From assembly GCF_009834535.1 (NCBI RefSeq), contig NC_045696.1, positions 113,834,001 through 113,898,000 of the forward strand: a stretch of DNA of 64,000 nt, written 5' to 3'. Positions 13,136 to 26,926 of the stretch are shown piece by piece (position 1 is the first letter of the stretch; each line of letters opens with the position of its first letter). The DNA is from Camelus ferus. Taxonomy: Eukaryota. The translations under genes and the position numbers were made by a program. The notes under the pieces are model-generated. The model was given only the letters and a program-made list of their open reading frames with translations, was not told the DNA's origin and did no database searches.

Positions 13136-15530
13136 TGACGGCGAGGCTCAGCGCAGACTGAAAGTGGGAGAAACAGAAGACGTGGCAGCCCTGATCATAA
13201 ACCAAGCGGTGCCAGCACAGCTCCCTACGTCTCTGCTGAAGAGACTGAGAATTGGCTAAAATTATAGACAAGTATCAATAAAAAGCAGATTAGACTCATT
13301 ATGGTCTGAAGAAAACACCTAAGTCCCAACATAATGTAAACATTCAGCAACTCAGTCAACAGCTTTTATGGAGTGATATTTAGTTGGTATTTAACAATCT
13401 TTTGACTCTGGACAGATTGAGAAAGGTCACACAGCACCTTCATACAGATCATCTTTTTAAACCTTCACACAACTGTATAGGTGGGTTATCACCCTCAAAT
13501 GAGATGACTCCACTTACTTTCCTCTTCCTTAGACTCCTATTTAATCTCACAAACCTGGATTTCCTAATACCTTACAGTGGCTTTCATGGAAGAATCAGGC
13601 TTTGTGTTAAAAAAAAATCAGAATTTTCAACGACATGCACAGATTTCGTATGTCAGTCCTTTCTTCCCTTCAGCCCATCAGCAAAGGTCAGAAGACAGAT
13701 GAGGTTCTGGTCACAGGGAGTGAGGACAGGGAGGCAGCACTGGTCCATCTATCTCGTCCGCTCCAGACAGAGGGCATGGGAGGTACCTGACCGGGCTCTG
13801 TGAGGTCCTGGGCTCCTCCTAGCTGGAGGAGAATTTTTAAGAGACCAGCCACATGAGACGCCATGGTGGAGGAGAGAGAGTAGGCAGCCAAACAGAAGAC
13901 AGCACTTCCATCCTGCTCAGTTGTCTAAGGACAGTCCATTATGTCCTCGCTTTCATGTGAGATGTTGCAGTCTGTCCTTGTAAAACATTTGCAGAAGTGA
14001 CTTCCAGCACTCAACTTGGTGATTTAATATTACACAAAGTTCATTAGTCATGGTAACCTACATCAATTTTCTACAGAAGCCATCATTCCCCTTCAGATTC
14101 CAGCTATTGCCTTCTCTCTTTGTAAGCAAAACAAATACAGATTTTACTGACGATCTGCTACTTAAGAACCATCAATTTGTAGTATCCCTTAATAATTCCT
14201 GTCAACGTCGGCTATCTTTGAGGGATTTCAGTGGTTTTTGCTTTTGGCAGTGCTGCAATGGTGGAAATAACGTCTACTGCCAGTCCCCAGCCCACAGTGT
14301 CTGTGAGTACGGAGGGTTGCCGGCTGCCAAGCAGATTTAATTTACCCACTTCTCAGTTTGCATTAACCTTTGAATAATAAAGCACAGCTGAGGCTGCTGT
14401 AAGACACAAACTGAAGAATGAATAATTAAAAACACCTTCTCAGCCTTGGAAAGACCAATCCCTAACCATTAGGGGAGCTTTAATTGTGACTGAACTCAGC
14501 ATTAAAAGGGCTAATTGTACTCTTTATAAATTGAAACAAATGCTCAGGACATAGTGTGCCTACAATATATGTAGTATATGAAAAGCAAAGCTCTGAAAGC
14601 ACCCAGTAATTAGTTCAAATGAAGAAAAGTAAGAGTAGTCTGAGTCCGAAGGGAAAAAAAAAAATTACTTCTAAAGATGGGTGCTCATTGTCTAGGTACA
14701 GAAAAAAAATTGCTGTTACTTATAAAAAGCTATTATTCATTTGATGCAGGTGGACTGGCTCGAGTAGCATTTAAAGAAATAGAAATGTTGAAGCTGAAAT
14801 AAAGGGTTGAGGACAGAATATATTACAGGAAAACCCTATCTTTGAATCTGTCAAGAGCTTATGCCAGCTGGGATTCTTCTTTGGTTTTGATGGATTTTAA
14901 TTTTCCTTTGGGAACCCAAATCCAAATTTACTGTCATATTTATGTGTTAGGATCACAAAACAGTCACTGATATTTTATACATTTGCCAAAACGTTGTTAG
15001 TATCTAATATATTCAAACCAAAGAGCACCCATTTATCTGAAAAGCAGGGAACAATGATCTATTTCTAGACCTCCAACAAAGGGCAGGGCATCAAAGATGG
15101 CAGTTTCCTCCTATTACTGACTTTAGTTATGCTTAATATTTTTTAAAATAGGAAGTTTTTTCCTTATGCTTAATTTTATTTTATTTTGCTAAATGTAAAG
15201 CTTTTCCCTTCACTTCCGTTCAAAAGACCATACTGTCAGTGCCCTTCTGAAACTAACCATTCAGTTACTAGAAAGTTAGGAAGGTAGAAATCTTTTTCTG
15301 TACTAAGCAATTTTATGGCTTTTAAAATGGCTTTTAGTTTCCATTTTTAGGCTTGTTTTGGTTCCCTGCATCTTCTCTAATTTTTTGTATATCTAATTTA
15401 AAGGTGGTTCTTTGCACATAGTAGGTAAAAGGATGACCAAATGAGAACAGAATTGGATTTGCCTATTTTAATAAAGACCAGCTTCTCATCCAGAAGAGAA
15501 ATACTACCCTTTTGTACTTGCAGGTTATAT

Positions 15531-16685
15531 ATATTTTTTGTTTAAAAATTTAAAAAAATGAACATAAAATTTAAAGGTTACACTCCATTTAGTTACTGCA
15601 AAATATTGGCTGTACTCCCCATGTTGTACAACACACACTTGAGCCTGTCTTACACCCAACAGTTTGTGCCTCCCACTCCCCCACTCCTTCTTTGTCCCTC
15701 CCCCTTCCCCACTGGTAACCACTAGTTTGTTCTCTGTACTTATGTCTGCTTCTTTTTTATTATATTCACTAGTTTGTTGTATTTTTAGATTCCACATATA
15801 AGTGATATACAGTATTTGTCTTTCTCTGTCTGACTTATTTCACTTAGCATAATGCCTTCCAAGTCCGTCCATGTTGCTGCAAATGGCAAAATTTCATTCT
15901 TTTTTTATGGCTGAGTACTATTCCATTGTGTATATGTGTATACATATATATCTTACGTCTTCTTTATGTATTCATCTGTTGATGGACACTTAGGTTGCTT
16001 TCATATCTTGGCAGTTGTAAATAATGCTGCTATGAACATTGGGGTGCATTATCTTTCTTACTAGTGTTTTTTTCTTTTTTTGGATATATGCCCAGGAGTG
16101 GAATTGTTGGATCATATGGTAAATCTATTTTTAGTATTTTTGAGGAAACTTTATACTGTTTTCCACAGTGGCTGCATCAGGTTACATTCCCACCAACAGT
16201 GTAGTAGGGTCCCCTTTTCTCCACATCCTCACTAGCATTCGCTATTTTTGTTCTTTTTGATGACAGCCATTCTGACAGGAGTGAGGGGATAGCTCACTGT
16301 GATTTTGTTTTGCATTTCCCTGATAATTAGAGACGCTGAGCATCTTTTCATGTGCCTGTTGGCCGTCTGTATTTCCTCTTTGGAAAATGTCTACTCAGTT
16401 CTTCCACATATTTTTTAATTGTTTTTTTTTTTTTTGATGTTGAGTTGTATGAGCTGTTTATATATGTTGGATATTAATCCCTTATTGGTCATATCATTTG
16501 CGAATATTTTCTCCCATTCTGTAGGCTGTCTTTTTGTTATGTCGATGGTTTCCTTTGCTGTGCAAAAGCTTTCAAGTTTAATTCAGTCCCATTGATTTAT
16601 TTTTGCTAATTTTATTTCCTTCACTTTAGGAGACAGATCCAAAAAAATAGTGCTAAGATTTATGTCAAAGAGTTGTGCCTCTGTC
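15531..16685 (-). mobile_element. 5'-truncated L1 (ORF2 3' part + 3' UTR)
   Basis: Reverse complement of the same L1 family as 4934-5823; TSD gcaggttatat (15520-15530 / 16686-16696). Confidence 0.93.
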
Positions 16686-17044
16686 GCAGGTTATATTCTT
16701 AATATTTTCCTCTTTCCTGTCAGTTTTTTGGTGGAAGTAAAACTGCTGGCTCATCCGAACTTCCTTCCCACTGGGACTAGAAATCCTTCCGTCCCATATG
16801 TCATTAGTCACCACTGGATACAGTTGTTCTTGTGTCTCTTGTTTCTTCTGAAGATTGCTATACCTTTGCCATCACCTTCTATTTGTCAGTTATTTGTTTA
16901 AATTTCCTTTGGTTTTTGGTCTGCTGCCTTTTTCTCAGAGTTGGCCATTTTGTAACACTTGGTTTCACTCCAACCCCAGTGACATAAATGTCCCTACCCT
17001 GGGTTTCCCACAGCCCACATCCTCCATCTCTATGACAGCACTCA

Positions 17045-17195
17045 TTCCGGGTTTCTCTGTCTCCTGCTTGTAGCAGACTGCAGTCCCTTGGGGACGGGCA
17101 CTGTGTCTTATTCATCTTGGCATCCTGTGCAGCTGTACCACTGTCAGGAACACAACAGATACTCAAAGAATGATTCTTGATTCACTGCGTGAATT
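17045..17195 (+). mobile_element. L2 3' end
   Basis: agactgcagtcccttggggacgggcactgtgtcttattcatc...acagatactcaaagaat. Confidence 0.6.
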
Positions 17196-17329
17196 CACAG
17201 AGAACTGACACTTTAACACTGACCAAAAAGTGCTGAAGGCTGAGTAAATACTGAACGAATGCATGATTAACTTCTTGGGGGAGGGTGACACTTTAAAACA
17301 TAACGTTTCTGTGTATGGTGTGAGGGAGT

Positions 17330-17699
17330 GTGATATCATTCATATATGGGGTCTAAAAAAAAAAAGAAGACACAAATGAACTTATCTACAAAACAGAAAC
17401 AGACTTGCAGACATAGAGAACAGACTGATGGTTACCAGGGGGTAAGGGGGTGGGAAGGGATAAATTGGGAGTTCGAGATTTGCAGATACTAACTACTACA
17501 CATAAAATAGATAAACAACAAGTTTCTACTGTACAGCACAGGGAACTCTATTCAATGTCTTGTAGTAACCTATAATGAAAAAGAATATGAAAAGAGATAT
17601 CTGTATGTGTATGTATGACTGTATACCAAGTATTATGCTGTACACCAGAAACTGACACACTGTAAACTGACTATATTTCAATAAAAAATTAAAAAAAAA
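17330..17699 (+). mobile_element. L1 3' UTR fragment with poly(A)
   Basis: acaaatgaacttatctacaaaacagaaacagac...gtaaactgactatatttcaataaaaaa. Confidence 0.9.
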
Positions 17700-17711
17700 C
17701 CCTTTTTATTT

Positions 17712-17975
17712 TAAAAGTTTTAGTTATAAAAACATTGTAAAGATAGCTTAGAGTTCTCATATGCCCTACAGCCAGCTTAGTTTTTAATTAACATCTTACA
17801 TTGTTATAGTGCATTTGTCACAATTAATGAGTCAATGTTGATACATTATTATTGTAATTAATAAAGTCCACACCATACTGAGATCTCCTTAGTCTTTACC
17901 TAACGTCCTTTTTCTATTCCAGGATTCCATCCAGGACACCATACTATCTGACAATCATGTTTCCTTAGGCTCCAT
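17712..17975 (-). mobile_element. Old L1MC-like 3' fragment
   Basis: aacatcttacattgttatagtgcatttgtcacaattaatgag...caggattccatccaggacacc. Confidence 0.65.
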
Positions 17976-18684
17976 TCTTTTAAAAAAAAATAAAATAAAA
18001 ACTTAAGTTGAGAAACTGGGTGAAGTGTATATGGAAATACTCTACTATCTTTGTAACTTCCCATAAATTTAAAGTTATTCCAAAATAAAACAGTTAATTA
18101 AAAACACTGAGATTGAGAATGACAAAGACAATGTCTTTCTTGAGTTTCCTTTAAAAAGTCCTCTATGTACAAATGTTCAGCTTGCACAATGTTACAATTT
18201 TAAATGAGGAGGTATGATTACTCATCTCTCTACATGGAGGTTTTCCCCAAATACTGCCAGATGTGTTTCATTAACCACAGCCTAGTTTTATTCAAGACAC
18301 TGGTGATATGACGGTGCTCACCAACAGTATTTGTAAAATAGCAAAATTTCAAATGACTTGTTTTTGGGTGAGGAGAGGTGTGGAGAGACGTCAGGGTGGG
18401 GATATTTGAACTGGATCTGTCCTGATACATACTCAGGGTAAAGTGTCCAAATTCAGTTTGCTTAATCCTTTGCTCCCCAGACCCTCAACCCCTCTACGGC
18501 ATATGATTTGTAATTTTACTAAGCTCAGTGAAAGATGAATCTATTGTAAAAGTTAGCTGGGATGCCAATGGCTACTTTTTGGTGTTTTAGACCACAAGAT
18601 TTTAGGAACGCCAAATACCTTCCCAAGCCCCTTTATCCAAAGACTACAAAGGGGTTGTATCACTCAAGATTTTATTTGTAAGCC

Positions 18685-19068
18685 AGAAAAAGAAAGAAAA
18701 ATACCATATGATATCACTTATATGTGGACTCTAAAAAGAGAAGGAACTTATTTACAAAACAGAAAGCAGACTCACAGACATAGAAAACAAACTTACGGTT
18801 CCTAGGGTGGGAAGTGGGTGGGAAGGGATAAACTGGGAGTTCAAGATTTGCAGATACTAATATATATAAAGTAGATAAACAACAAGCTCATACTGTAGTA
18901 GCACAGAGAACTATATTCAATATCTTGTAGTAACCTATGGTGAAAAAGAATATGAAAACGAATACATGTATGTTCATGTATGACTGAAGCACTGTGCTGC
19001 ACACCAGAAATGGACACAACATTGTAAACTGACTATACTTCAATAAAATACATATATACACACACAAA
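18685..19068 (+). mobile_element. L1 3' UTR fragment
   Basis: Same family as 17330; imperfect TSD aagattttatttgtaagc (18666-18683) / aagattttgtttgaagc (~19069-19085). Confidence 0.9.
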
Positions 19069-20511
19069 AAGATTTTGTTTGAAGCAAATATGTCAACTGA
19101 GTACTCAGGAGAAATGATATAAAGACCCTTGGAACAGTTAAGACTCGATCAGTGGTCACTGGTCAGTTCTGTACGGTATGTCACACTCCACACGGTCCAG
19201 CTGTCCGTTCCTGTCACCGTCTGTGAGAAGCAGGGGAGAATGGATCGCTGTCAGCATGAGCTCCAATACAACCCCTGATAGCTGTGGAAACCGTGTCTCA
19301 GTTTTGCAGCCTTGGAGTGTCCCTTCCCTGGGTATACCTGCCTGTCAGATGTCTGTCCGTGAAGACAGAAAGGAGATCAGTACAGAAAGAAACCTGGTGA
19401 GAATGACAAGGTTGGGGAGAGGCCTGGGAAGGGACTGGCTGGGCCCCAGGCACCACGGCTTGCCTGCACATCCAACCCGGCAGCCTCACTCAGGAGAAAA
19501 GACAGGGAGAGACAAGGCAATGGGAGACAAGGCAGTAAGAGACAAAAGAAAGGTTCATAAAGATCTAGGGAAGAAAGAAGGAGTAAAAGACAGTTGTCTG
19601 GGACCACTAAAATGTGACAGAATAGTTTACAATCTCCTATTATATTTTAAAAGCTGGCAGAACTGAATTTTCTCGTCCTACGCGTTTCAAGACCTGATGG
19701 ATATAAAAACCTAATTTTGTTTAGATAAAATGTACTATATATATAAAAGGAGAGCAGCTATTCAACCACCATCTGAACAAGCTGGGTATGATTGTAGGGT
19801 AGAGGCAAAAAAAATGATCGAAAATTACACAGTTGTGGGATTCTTATTTTACTGAATGTACTGAAAAGCAGAGAACACCTGCTTCAGCTGTTCCTCAAAG
19901 TTAATCCCCACAACTACGGTCGGCTAGCTAATTAACCAGCGGACCCTCACTATGCTGCTTTACAAGCCTGTTGGACCTCCCTGAACTGCCTCTACAGAGG
20001 CTGCCTCCACAGAGGCTGCCGCCTCAAGCAGGTCGGTCACTCCCTCCTGCTTCTGAGCCCTGCTGGGGGTGCATCCTGCTCCACACGGGGTGATGATACT
20101 GGACCACATCCAGGTGCATCCCTCAGGGGCATGCATGATACCGCCAACTTTCCTCTGTACCCTGGATGACGAATATTCTTCAGTTTCAAGAGGGTTGTTT
20201 TTTTTAACTGAACAACTGCATCTTCATGAATTTAAAAGAATGAAGTATAATGTAAAGCGCTTCTGTCCTTTCACTTTTTTCCAAAATGAGTGCAGTAGAT
20301 CAATATATAGACTCTACAAATGCCGTTTACAATCTCAGTTTGTCAAACGTGGAGTTACTTGAACATCTCCATCAGATTTGACTTACATTTAATTGCTTTA
20401 ATGTACCATGACTACTTCTTTAAAAAGGTATATTTTACTCTTTAATAACATGAAGAAATGCTCCAAGTACATTAAACAAAAAGAAAAAATGATGTAAAAT
20501 GAAATTAATTT

Positions 20512-20700
20512 ACTTGCTCATTTATTCAACAGATACAGTCTGAACTCCTTCTACGTGTCCGGCACTGTTTTAGGTAATAATGCATTTAGCACTGAACAAA
20601 TCCAAAGTCCTTCATTTTATGAAGTTTGTATCCTAGTGAGAGGAAGATAACAGTAAGCAAATAAGTAAATATATAGTTTGTCTGGTGGAAAGCCTAATGG
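20512..20700 (-). mobile_element. L2 3' end
   Basis: ctcatttattcaacagata...ctacgtgtccggcactgttttagg. Confidence 0.65.
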
Positions 20701-20949
20701 TGAACAAAATAGTGTTGGTGAAGGCAGTGATCCCTAATTATTACAAAGAAAACAAAAATCTAAAACACAGATGTGGAACATTTAGGTATTACTTTGTGAA
20801 ATTTATCTACTTCTGTAAGCTGCATTTTCCCATTCCAAAAGCAATCATAAAAAAAGCTCCTAAAATATATTAGCACATGATAAATTGCTTTCTCTGTAAA
20901 GCGTTATACTGTTTAGTTGTATGTTCACAGCTGGCTAAGGATTTGCAAA

Positions 20950-21500
20950 ACATCAAGAGAAATTCTGTCCTAATTCATGTGGGAAGTTTTTCTATTTTAG
21001 GCTAACAATTTATTCACTGCCAACACAATTGTACTGTTTATGACCAGGGCCATGCTAAATATTCACAATGGAATTTTAAAAATTGTAATTGTGTTAATCA
21101 TTGTATCTCTTTAGCTCAATGTTAAAGACAGAGAACTTTTTTTAGGAAAAGAAACAACAAAGAATTTAATTCAAACTTCCAGAGCTAAATCAACACTCCA
21201 ATTGGAAATACTAAACTCTGGGACTCGGCAATTAAAGTTGTAACATCCCAATCTGCTCATTCCTGTAACTTTATGTATGATGTGGGTAGCGGCAACTCAT
21301 GTAACAGCTTTTATAATACGCAGGGTGGAAGTAACAAAGAAGAGTTTATTAAACATTGAACATAGCAGAATGGAAAATCAACCCGTTCCGAGTCATTAAA
21401 TTTAAACTGTGAGTTAGTATCTTTTAGTGATGTGCTACTGCCAATTTCATAGATCTTACAATATCTAGTATAATAATTATATTTAATGTCTGCACCCACA
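20950..21500. promoter_or_regulatory. Candidate developmental enhancer (SOX/homeodomain motif cluster)
   Basis: No recognisable repeat; multiple ACAAT/ATTGT, TAAT/ATTA and TTTATGA motifs. Conservation not verifiable here. Confidence 0.35.
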
Positions 21501-24110
21501 GAGGTACTGTCAGTGTTAAGAGAATATCTACGCTATCAAAACACTAATCATATTTTTTAGATTTCAAAAACAACAGCCACAACAAGAACCTCAGAGAAAG
21601 GCCAACCAATATTGATGAAAGTATGTTGCATAAAGGAACAAAAATTGACTTTACAAAGCAAATTGACTGCTGCGTCGTTCAGGCAACGCAAAAAACAACG
21701 TGGAAAGGAAGCTGAGCTCCAAACACTAGCAGTAGCTTATGACTCAGAGTGAACGGGGATCCCTGGGTGTCCCAGGCTCTGGCTGGGGCTGGTAGTCATT
21801 CATTTCCAAAGCCCAGTAAGTCACCACAGACCAAGTAACTCCTCTAATCTTAAATTAAGAACCTTATTCAGATGGTGGACTACAGATCAATTCATGCTTT
21901 TAACCACTCTATTTAAAAAGGCTCAACCTGTAGACATATCACAGGTTCACCCATGATGCCCGGCTGGCCACGCACTCAGTGCCTCGTAGAGGGTGAGGAT
22001 AAGTGGCCCCAGAGGAGAAGGGTCTGCGCCTCGACAGTTATGATATTATCACATATTAGTATATTTCTCTTAGAGTAAATGGGTATAAATGAGTTCTTCC
22101 TTTTACTACAACAGTCTCAACGCCAGGAGGAAGTTAAAGATCTGCTGCTAGGTTTGTAAACGTGGCTCATGTGATTTCAAAGCAAGCCGTGTGTCTCAGC
22201 TCAGGCATCCAGCACAAAACAATTGAGATCTGCTTCCCTTTCACAGTTACTCGTGCTTGAAAAGTTGACTCTAAGGAAAGCTGAAACTCACATTTTGGCA
22301 GGTTCCGCTGCTCTGTAAACCCTCACTGATTTCAACTTTGATTTACTGACAAGAATTTTAAGAACAATGAGGCTGAAAGCATCCCAAGAACAGGAAAACC
22401 CACATGAGATTCTGTTAGGTCTGACTGGCCTTTCTGACTCATCACAGAAATATCAGGAGGGCTTGGAAAAGCATCAGTTCTCCGAGTAAAGCAGTGACAA
22501 CTTGGCTTAAAACACACCTACCCCTGATGTTAAAGCTATGGCAGGGAAATAAAGAATTATCGCTGGGTTATTCCTAAGAAGGAACCTTATAGAAAGGAGA
22601 GATTGGACGCTGATATGGACCAGAAACAGGCCAAGCAAAGCAAAAGACACTGAGCAGGGCACCCAAGCTCACTCTACAACATGGCTGATCACCAAAGCGG
22701 CGAAAAAGAACATCCAAAGAACACACTTGCCGGATAATTAGAGAAGTTTTAAGTGTATCACGCCCCTGCTCTCAAACTGTTGTCAGCATTCGTGACCATT
22801 AAAATTCTACGTTTTTCCACATATGAGTAACAAAAGTGGATTAAAAAGCTATCTGTATCAGTGGTAGGATAATTAACAGTGATGTTAATTGGAATTTTAG
22901 GCATGACATCTAGAAACAGAAAATGGTAGGATAACGTTTTGCATTCGCAATTTGCCCACCAGATAAATTTGTGGGTCTTCTGAGGTTTAACCACCTGTTC
23001 TTAGGCAACATGTAAGCATAAATGTATGTATATGATAAAGGTCATCTGTTTTTTTATTTTTCGTTTCTTCATTTTCTTTAATTCAAAGTCCCTGTAACTA
23101 AATGCAAGAGGTAAAGAAAAGAAATACCTGAACAGCCTTAAGAAAGAAGGAAAAAGAGAATCTTACGAAGTCTACGGCAAAGTGGGGGCTGGACTTCAGG
23201 TCTCCTGATTTTCAAGGTCACACAACTCCCCACCAGAGATGCGACCACCAAGAGACAGTGGGAGTTACTAATGTGAACTCTGCGTGAGCAGCACACCCAC
23301 TCTTTACCGGCCACATTTGTCAACCGAAACCAGCGAGCCCACCGAGCCGCCCAGAGGAAACATGCAGACGGTGCAAGACCACAGCAACAGCATGACCCTC
23401 TTGGCCATGAAGGTTCCGTGTCGCTCGAAGTAGGTTTTGTTATAAAAGGACTTCAAGACCTGGAAAACACTGCCCCATCTGTGGTCAAGAACATCGAGCT
23501 ACTCATGAGAGATGAGGAGGTAAAATTCTCAGTTGCCTCTTGTCACTGTACTGAAGGATGGTTCTGCCAGTACCCCTAGGACACAACTGATTCTCTGTTG
23601 TTACCCGGAAATAAAGAAGCCTACTCTACGATGAGGGGGCAAAAAAGAGAAAATCATCTTTTCCTGAGCTCTAAAGGAAAGAAAGCTAGAGAACTCGGAA
23701 AGTTTTCCCAGGAATATATGCAGAATTACTGAAGGCAATTCTACTGTGACCTGAGAGAAGGAGGAAAGGTGGGGGCAGTGAGGGAAGACGGAGGTTGGTG
23801 GGACACAATGTTAGTGTCACATGCGTGGACGTGTGTCTAGGCTAGAGCCTAGAGGAGCACCTTGGCTGTGTGACTGTGAGTCTGACCCAAACTTGTCTGG
23901 TCCTCAGTTCACACTGTAAGATGAGGATGGTAGATGAAAGGCCCTCTGAAGTTCCCTTCAGCAATGAAGTTCATAACAAAATTATGTCCTAATCTCATTT
24001 AGATTTTTTGTGATGGAAGACTACCAAAAATATACTAAGATGTACCAAAATGCACTTACTTGTGTCTAATAGTCTCACAGTCCCCTTGGGGAAGCATACT
24101 TTGAACCAAA

Positions 24111-24640
24111 TTTTCTTTTTTCTTTTTTTTTTTTTAAGTATTCAATGATCTACTAGTTCATAATTCTTTTTTTATTTTTTAATATTCTAGTTGAAGTATA
24201 GTCAGTTTACAGTGTTAAACAGCTCATACAACAAAGTAACAACAACAAAAATTACCAAACAGCCCAATCCAAAAATGGGCAGAAGACCTAAACAAGCAAT
24301 TCTCCAATGAAGACATACAAATGGCCAACAGGCGCATGAAAAAATACTCAATATCACTAATTATCAGAGAAATGCAAATCAAAACTGCAATGAGACAGCA
24401 CCTCACACCAGTCAGAATGGCCATCATTCAAAAGTCCACAAATGACAAATGCTGGAGAGGCTGTGGAGAAAAGGGAGCCCTCCTTCACTGCTGGTGGGAG
24501 TGCAGTTTGGTGCAGCTGTTATGGAAAACAGTATGGAGATTCCTCAAAAGACTAAAAATAGAGCTACCACAAACTCCAGAAACTCCATTCCTGGGCATGT
24601 ATCTGGAAGGAACTTTGATTCAAAAAGATACATACACCCC
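24111..24640 (-). mobile_element. L1 insertion with 5' inversion (twin priming)
   Basis: Poly(T) plus the minus-strand extreme 3' end (24111-24216) is joined to + strand ORF2 (24217-24640, [23 protein letters not shown]); short TSD ccaaattt (24106-24113 / 24639-24646). Confidence 0.85.
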
Positions 24641-24998
24641 AAATTTGCATTTTAAAGTAAGGACTAGAATCACTGTGTGGCTCAGGCATGGAGCAGAATG
24701 TTGAGTCTGGCCAAGTTTACCCAACCACAAAAACTGAAGACTGGCTGGTGCTTCTTTTGACCCCGGGGATAATCAGCAAAGATCATGTAAATTAGTTTTG
24801 AACAACAGAAAGCTAGTGAAAAAGCATTTGAATCAGTTCAAGTCAGGACTTTCTTCCATTGTAAGTTTTTTGCCTTTTTATCCTTTTCACTTAAACACAG
24901 CAGCAGCTTATTTCTTGCTCAAGTCATTTTCCACGTGTGTTGACAACATGGAGAGAAGACGCCTATTAATTTAGATACCCATCTCTTTCCATTTGAAT

Positions 24999-25325
24999 CT
25001 GGGGTTCTTCACATCTTTTTGCTCCATGACCCAACTGGCAGTTTGGTGAAGCATACAGACCTCTTCTCAGAATAATGTTTTTAAATGCATACCATAAAAG
25101 GCCCAGTATTATGAATAAAGCAGATTATACTGAAATATAGTTATCAAAGTGTTAAAAAGTGTGGTGTTATAGTTGTGCTTCCTTGTTAGATTAAATGCTG
25201 CCATTTAGTGACATTTCATCTAGTCTGATAAATCCAATAATTATTGTCATCTCAAAGCTCAGACACTACTTGGAGCTACCTAGAGTAACAGTAATGTGGT
25301 TTCTACTGGTGTCAAAGAGTACTTT
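24999..25325 (+). mobile_element. hAT-Charlie DNA transposon fragment (MER20B-like)
   Basis: ctggggttcttcacatc...ggcagtttggtgaagc...cttctcagaataatgtttttaaatgcata. Confidence 0.65.
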
Positions 25326-25539
25326 GCTGGATTCTTTGCACCCAGCCAGCTTATCAGTGAAGATGTAGAGGATGGTGCCTGGAAGTACCTTGTGTTTATG
25401 CCCCTCCATGTCTGGGGCCAGAACTCGGTCCCACGGACCATTACCTAAGTTCTGGGAAACGGAATGTCACTGTGTCCTCTCCTCTGGCATTTCCCAGTTG
25501 TTTTGTTTTATTTTGATTTGGAGGTGGGGTTGTCTGAAG

Positions 25540-26640
25540 CTCATTCTCTAGCAGGTTCCTCAGCAAAGGCTCATGAGAGCGAGATTTGAGATCCTGGAGT
25601 GTTCATAACTATTGGTCTGTACTCATGACACCTGAAGGTGAGTTTAGTTGGATAGAAACCTAATGGCTCCGGTTCTCCATCCTTGAGCATCTTAAATATG
25701 CTGCTCCATGGATTTTTCTCCAGTCACCTAAATTTTGATCCAATTCTGATTTATGTTTTCATTATAATCCTCTATCATTTAAAATATTTTTTTAACCTTG
25801 TTTTATTTTAACAGTTTATAGTTTTCATTTGTTTCATAGACTTTGGGAGCATGTTTTTATTGCATTTTGCTCCTTATAAGATCTTTGCTTAATTTTATTT
25901 TGCTTGCTTTTTTTTTAAAAATGAAACAAGTTCTCCTGTACTTTGAAATGGATAGCTCATGATAGTTCTTCCAACTCCATGATTCTAGAACTCTTTCTTC
26001 TGTTGTCTTCACACAGTGACTAAAAAAAAAAAAAAAAAAAAAAAAAAATAGCCCTTCACTCTGTGGCACTACCTATGTTGTAGTCACCATTTGCTTTTTA
26101 ACCTGGACTTTTCTCTCTTCTCCCCTATTATCCCATCCAGCCCAATGTGGATTCTGCTTCGAGCAGCTTTCCACAGTGTAAGGATTTGTTTTGGAAGGGA
26201 GCTTTGGTTTGCCTGCTTCAAGAATTTATACAGCTCAGATGGCTTTGTCACCATCAAACTGGATCGTTTCCTGTCCCCCGTATTCACTTATAAACCAGAT
26301 CCTGCAAAGAACACTCACCCACTCTCACAGCTCCTCTGGCCGGCTGCGCGTCCCAGTGAGTACATGCTGGCAATTGAGGGATTTCCTCTTCTCAACACAT
26401 CAGCTGCCCTGTTTCTGGTGCTCTTCCCCCTCCCACACAGTAAGTGACCTCACAAGAATCTCTTAGCTGTTGGCAGTCTGTCCCTACCTTCTAGTGTTTG
26501 GGGGCTGGTGGGGGGACTTGGCTTGGTGGAGTTGCTGTCTGTGGGTTCTGATTTTGGTACCCTAATTGCTCTGTTTCTATGGGGAGATTAGTGAGCAAAT
26601 ACCACTGCTGTCACCATTTTTCAGAAATCTTCTTCCTGAA
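25540..26640 (-). mobile_element. Probable ancient L1ME/HAL1-like fragments
   Basis: T-rich decayed sequence with LINE-like motifs (aaaggctcatgagagc...tgaaggtgagtttagttggatag); weak match. Confidence 0.35.
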
Positions 26641-26734
26641 GTTTGTATTTTTTAAACTAATTATTGCTCAAGGTCGACTTCAGAATACTACGAATTGGGC
26701 CCATCAGGCATTCTAACAAAAAGGTGGTCAAATA

Positions 26735-26926
26735 CCAGTGCTTTTCAAACTGTAGTCTTGGAGCTGTGGGAGATTTACACACGTGTGCACGTCTGTGTGC
26801 ACACACACTCTGTCTTCCTTGTTTCACCCCATGTCAAACAGGGGATTCACTAGAGATATTGTGGTTCCATGAAATGTTTTGTTTGAAGAAAGGATTATGT
26901 GGTTAAAACTGCCTGAACATCACTGT
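26735..26926. mobile_element. hAT MITE-like relic (MER103/MER5 class)
   Basis: Termini cagtgcttttcaaac ... gaacatcactg form hAT-like inverted repeats. Confidence 0.45.

Noticed and set aside
19178..19666. 162-aa ORF
   Set aside because: Low-complexity purine-rich 3' half with short gagacaaggca repeats; no homology recognised.
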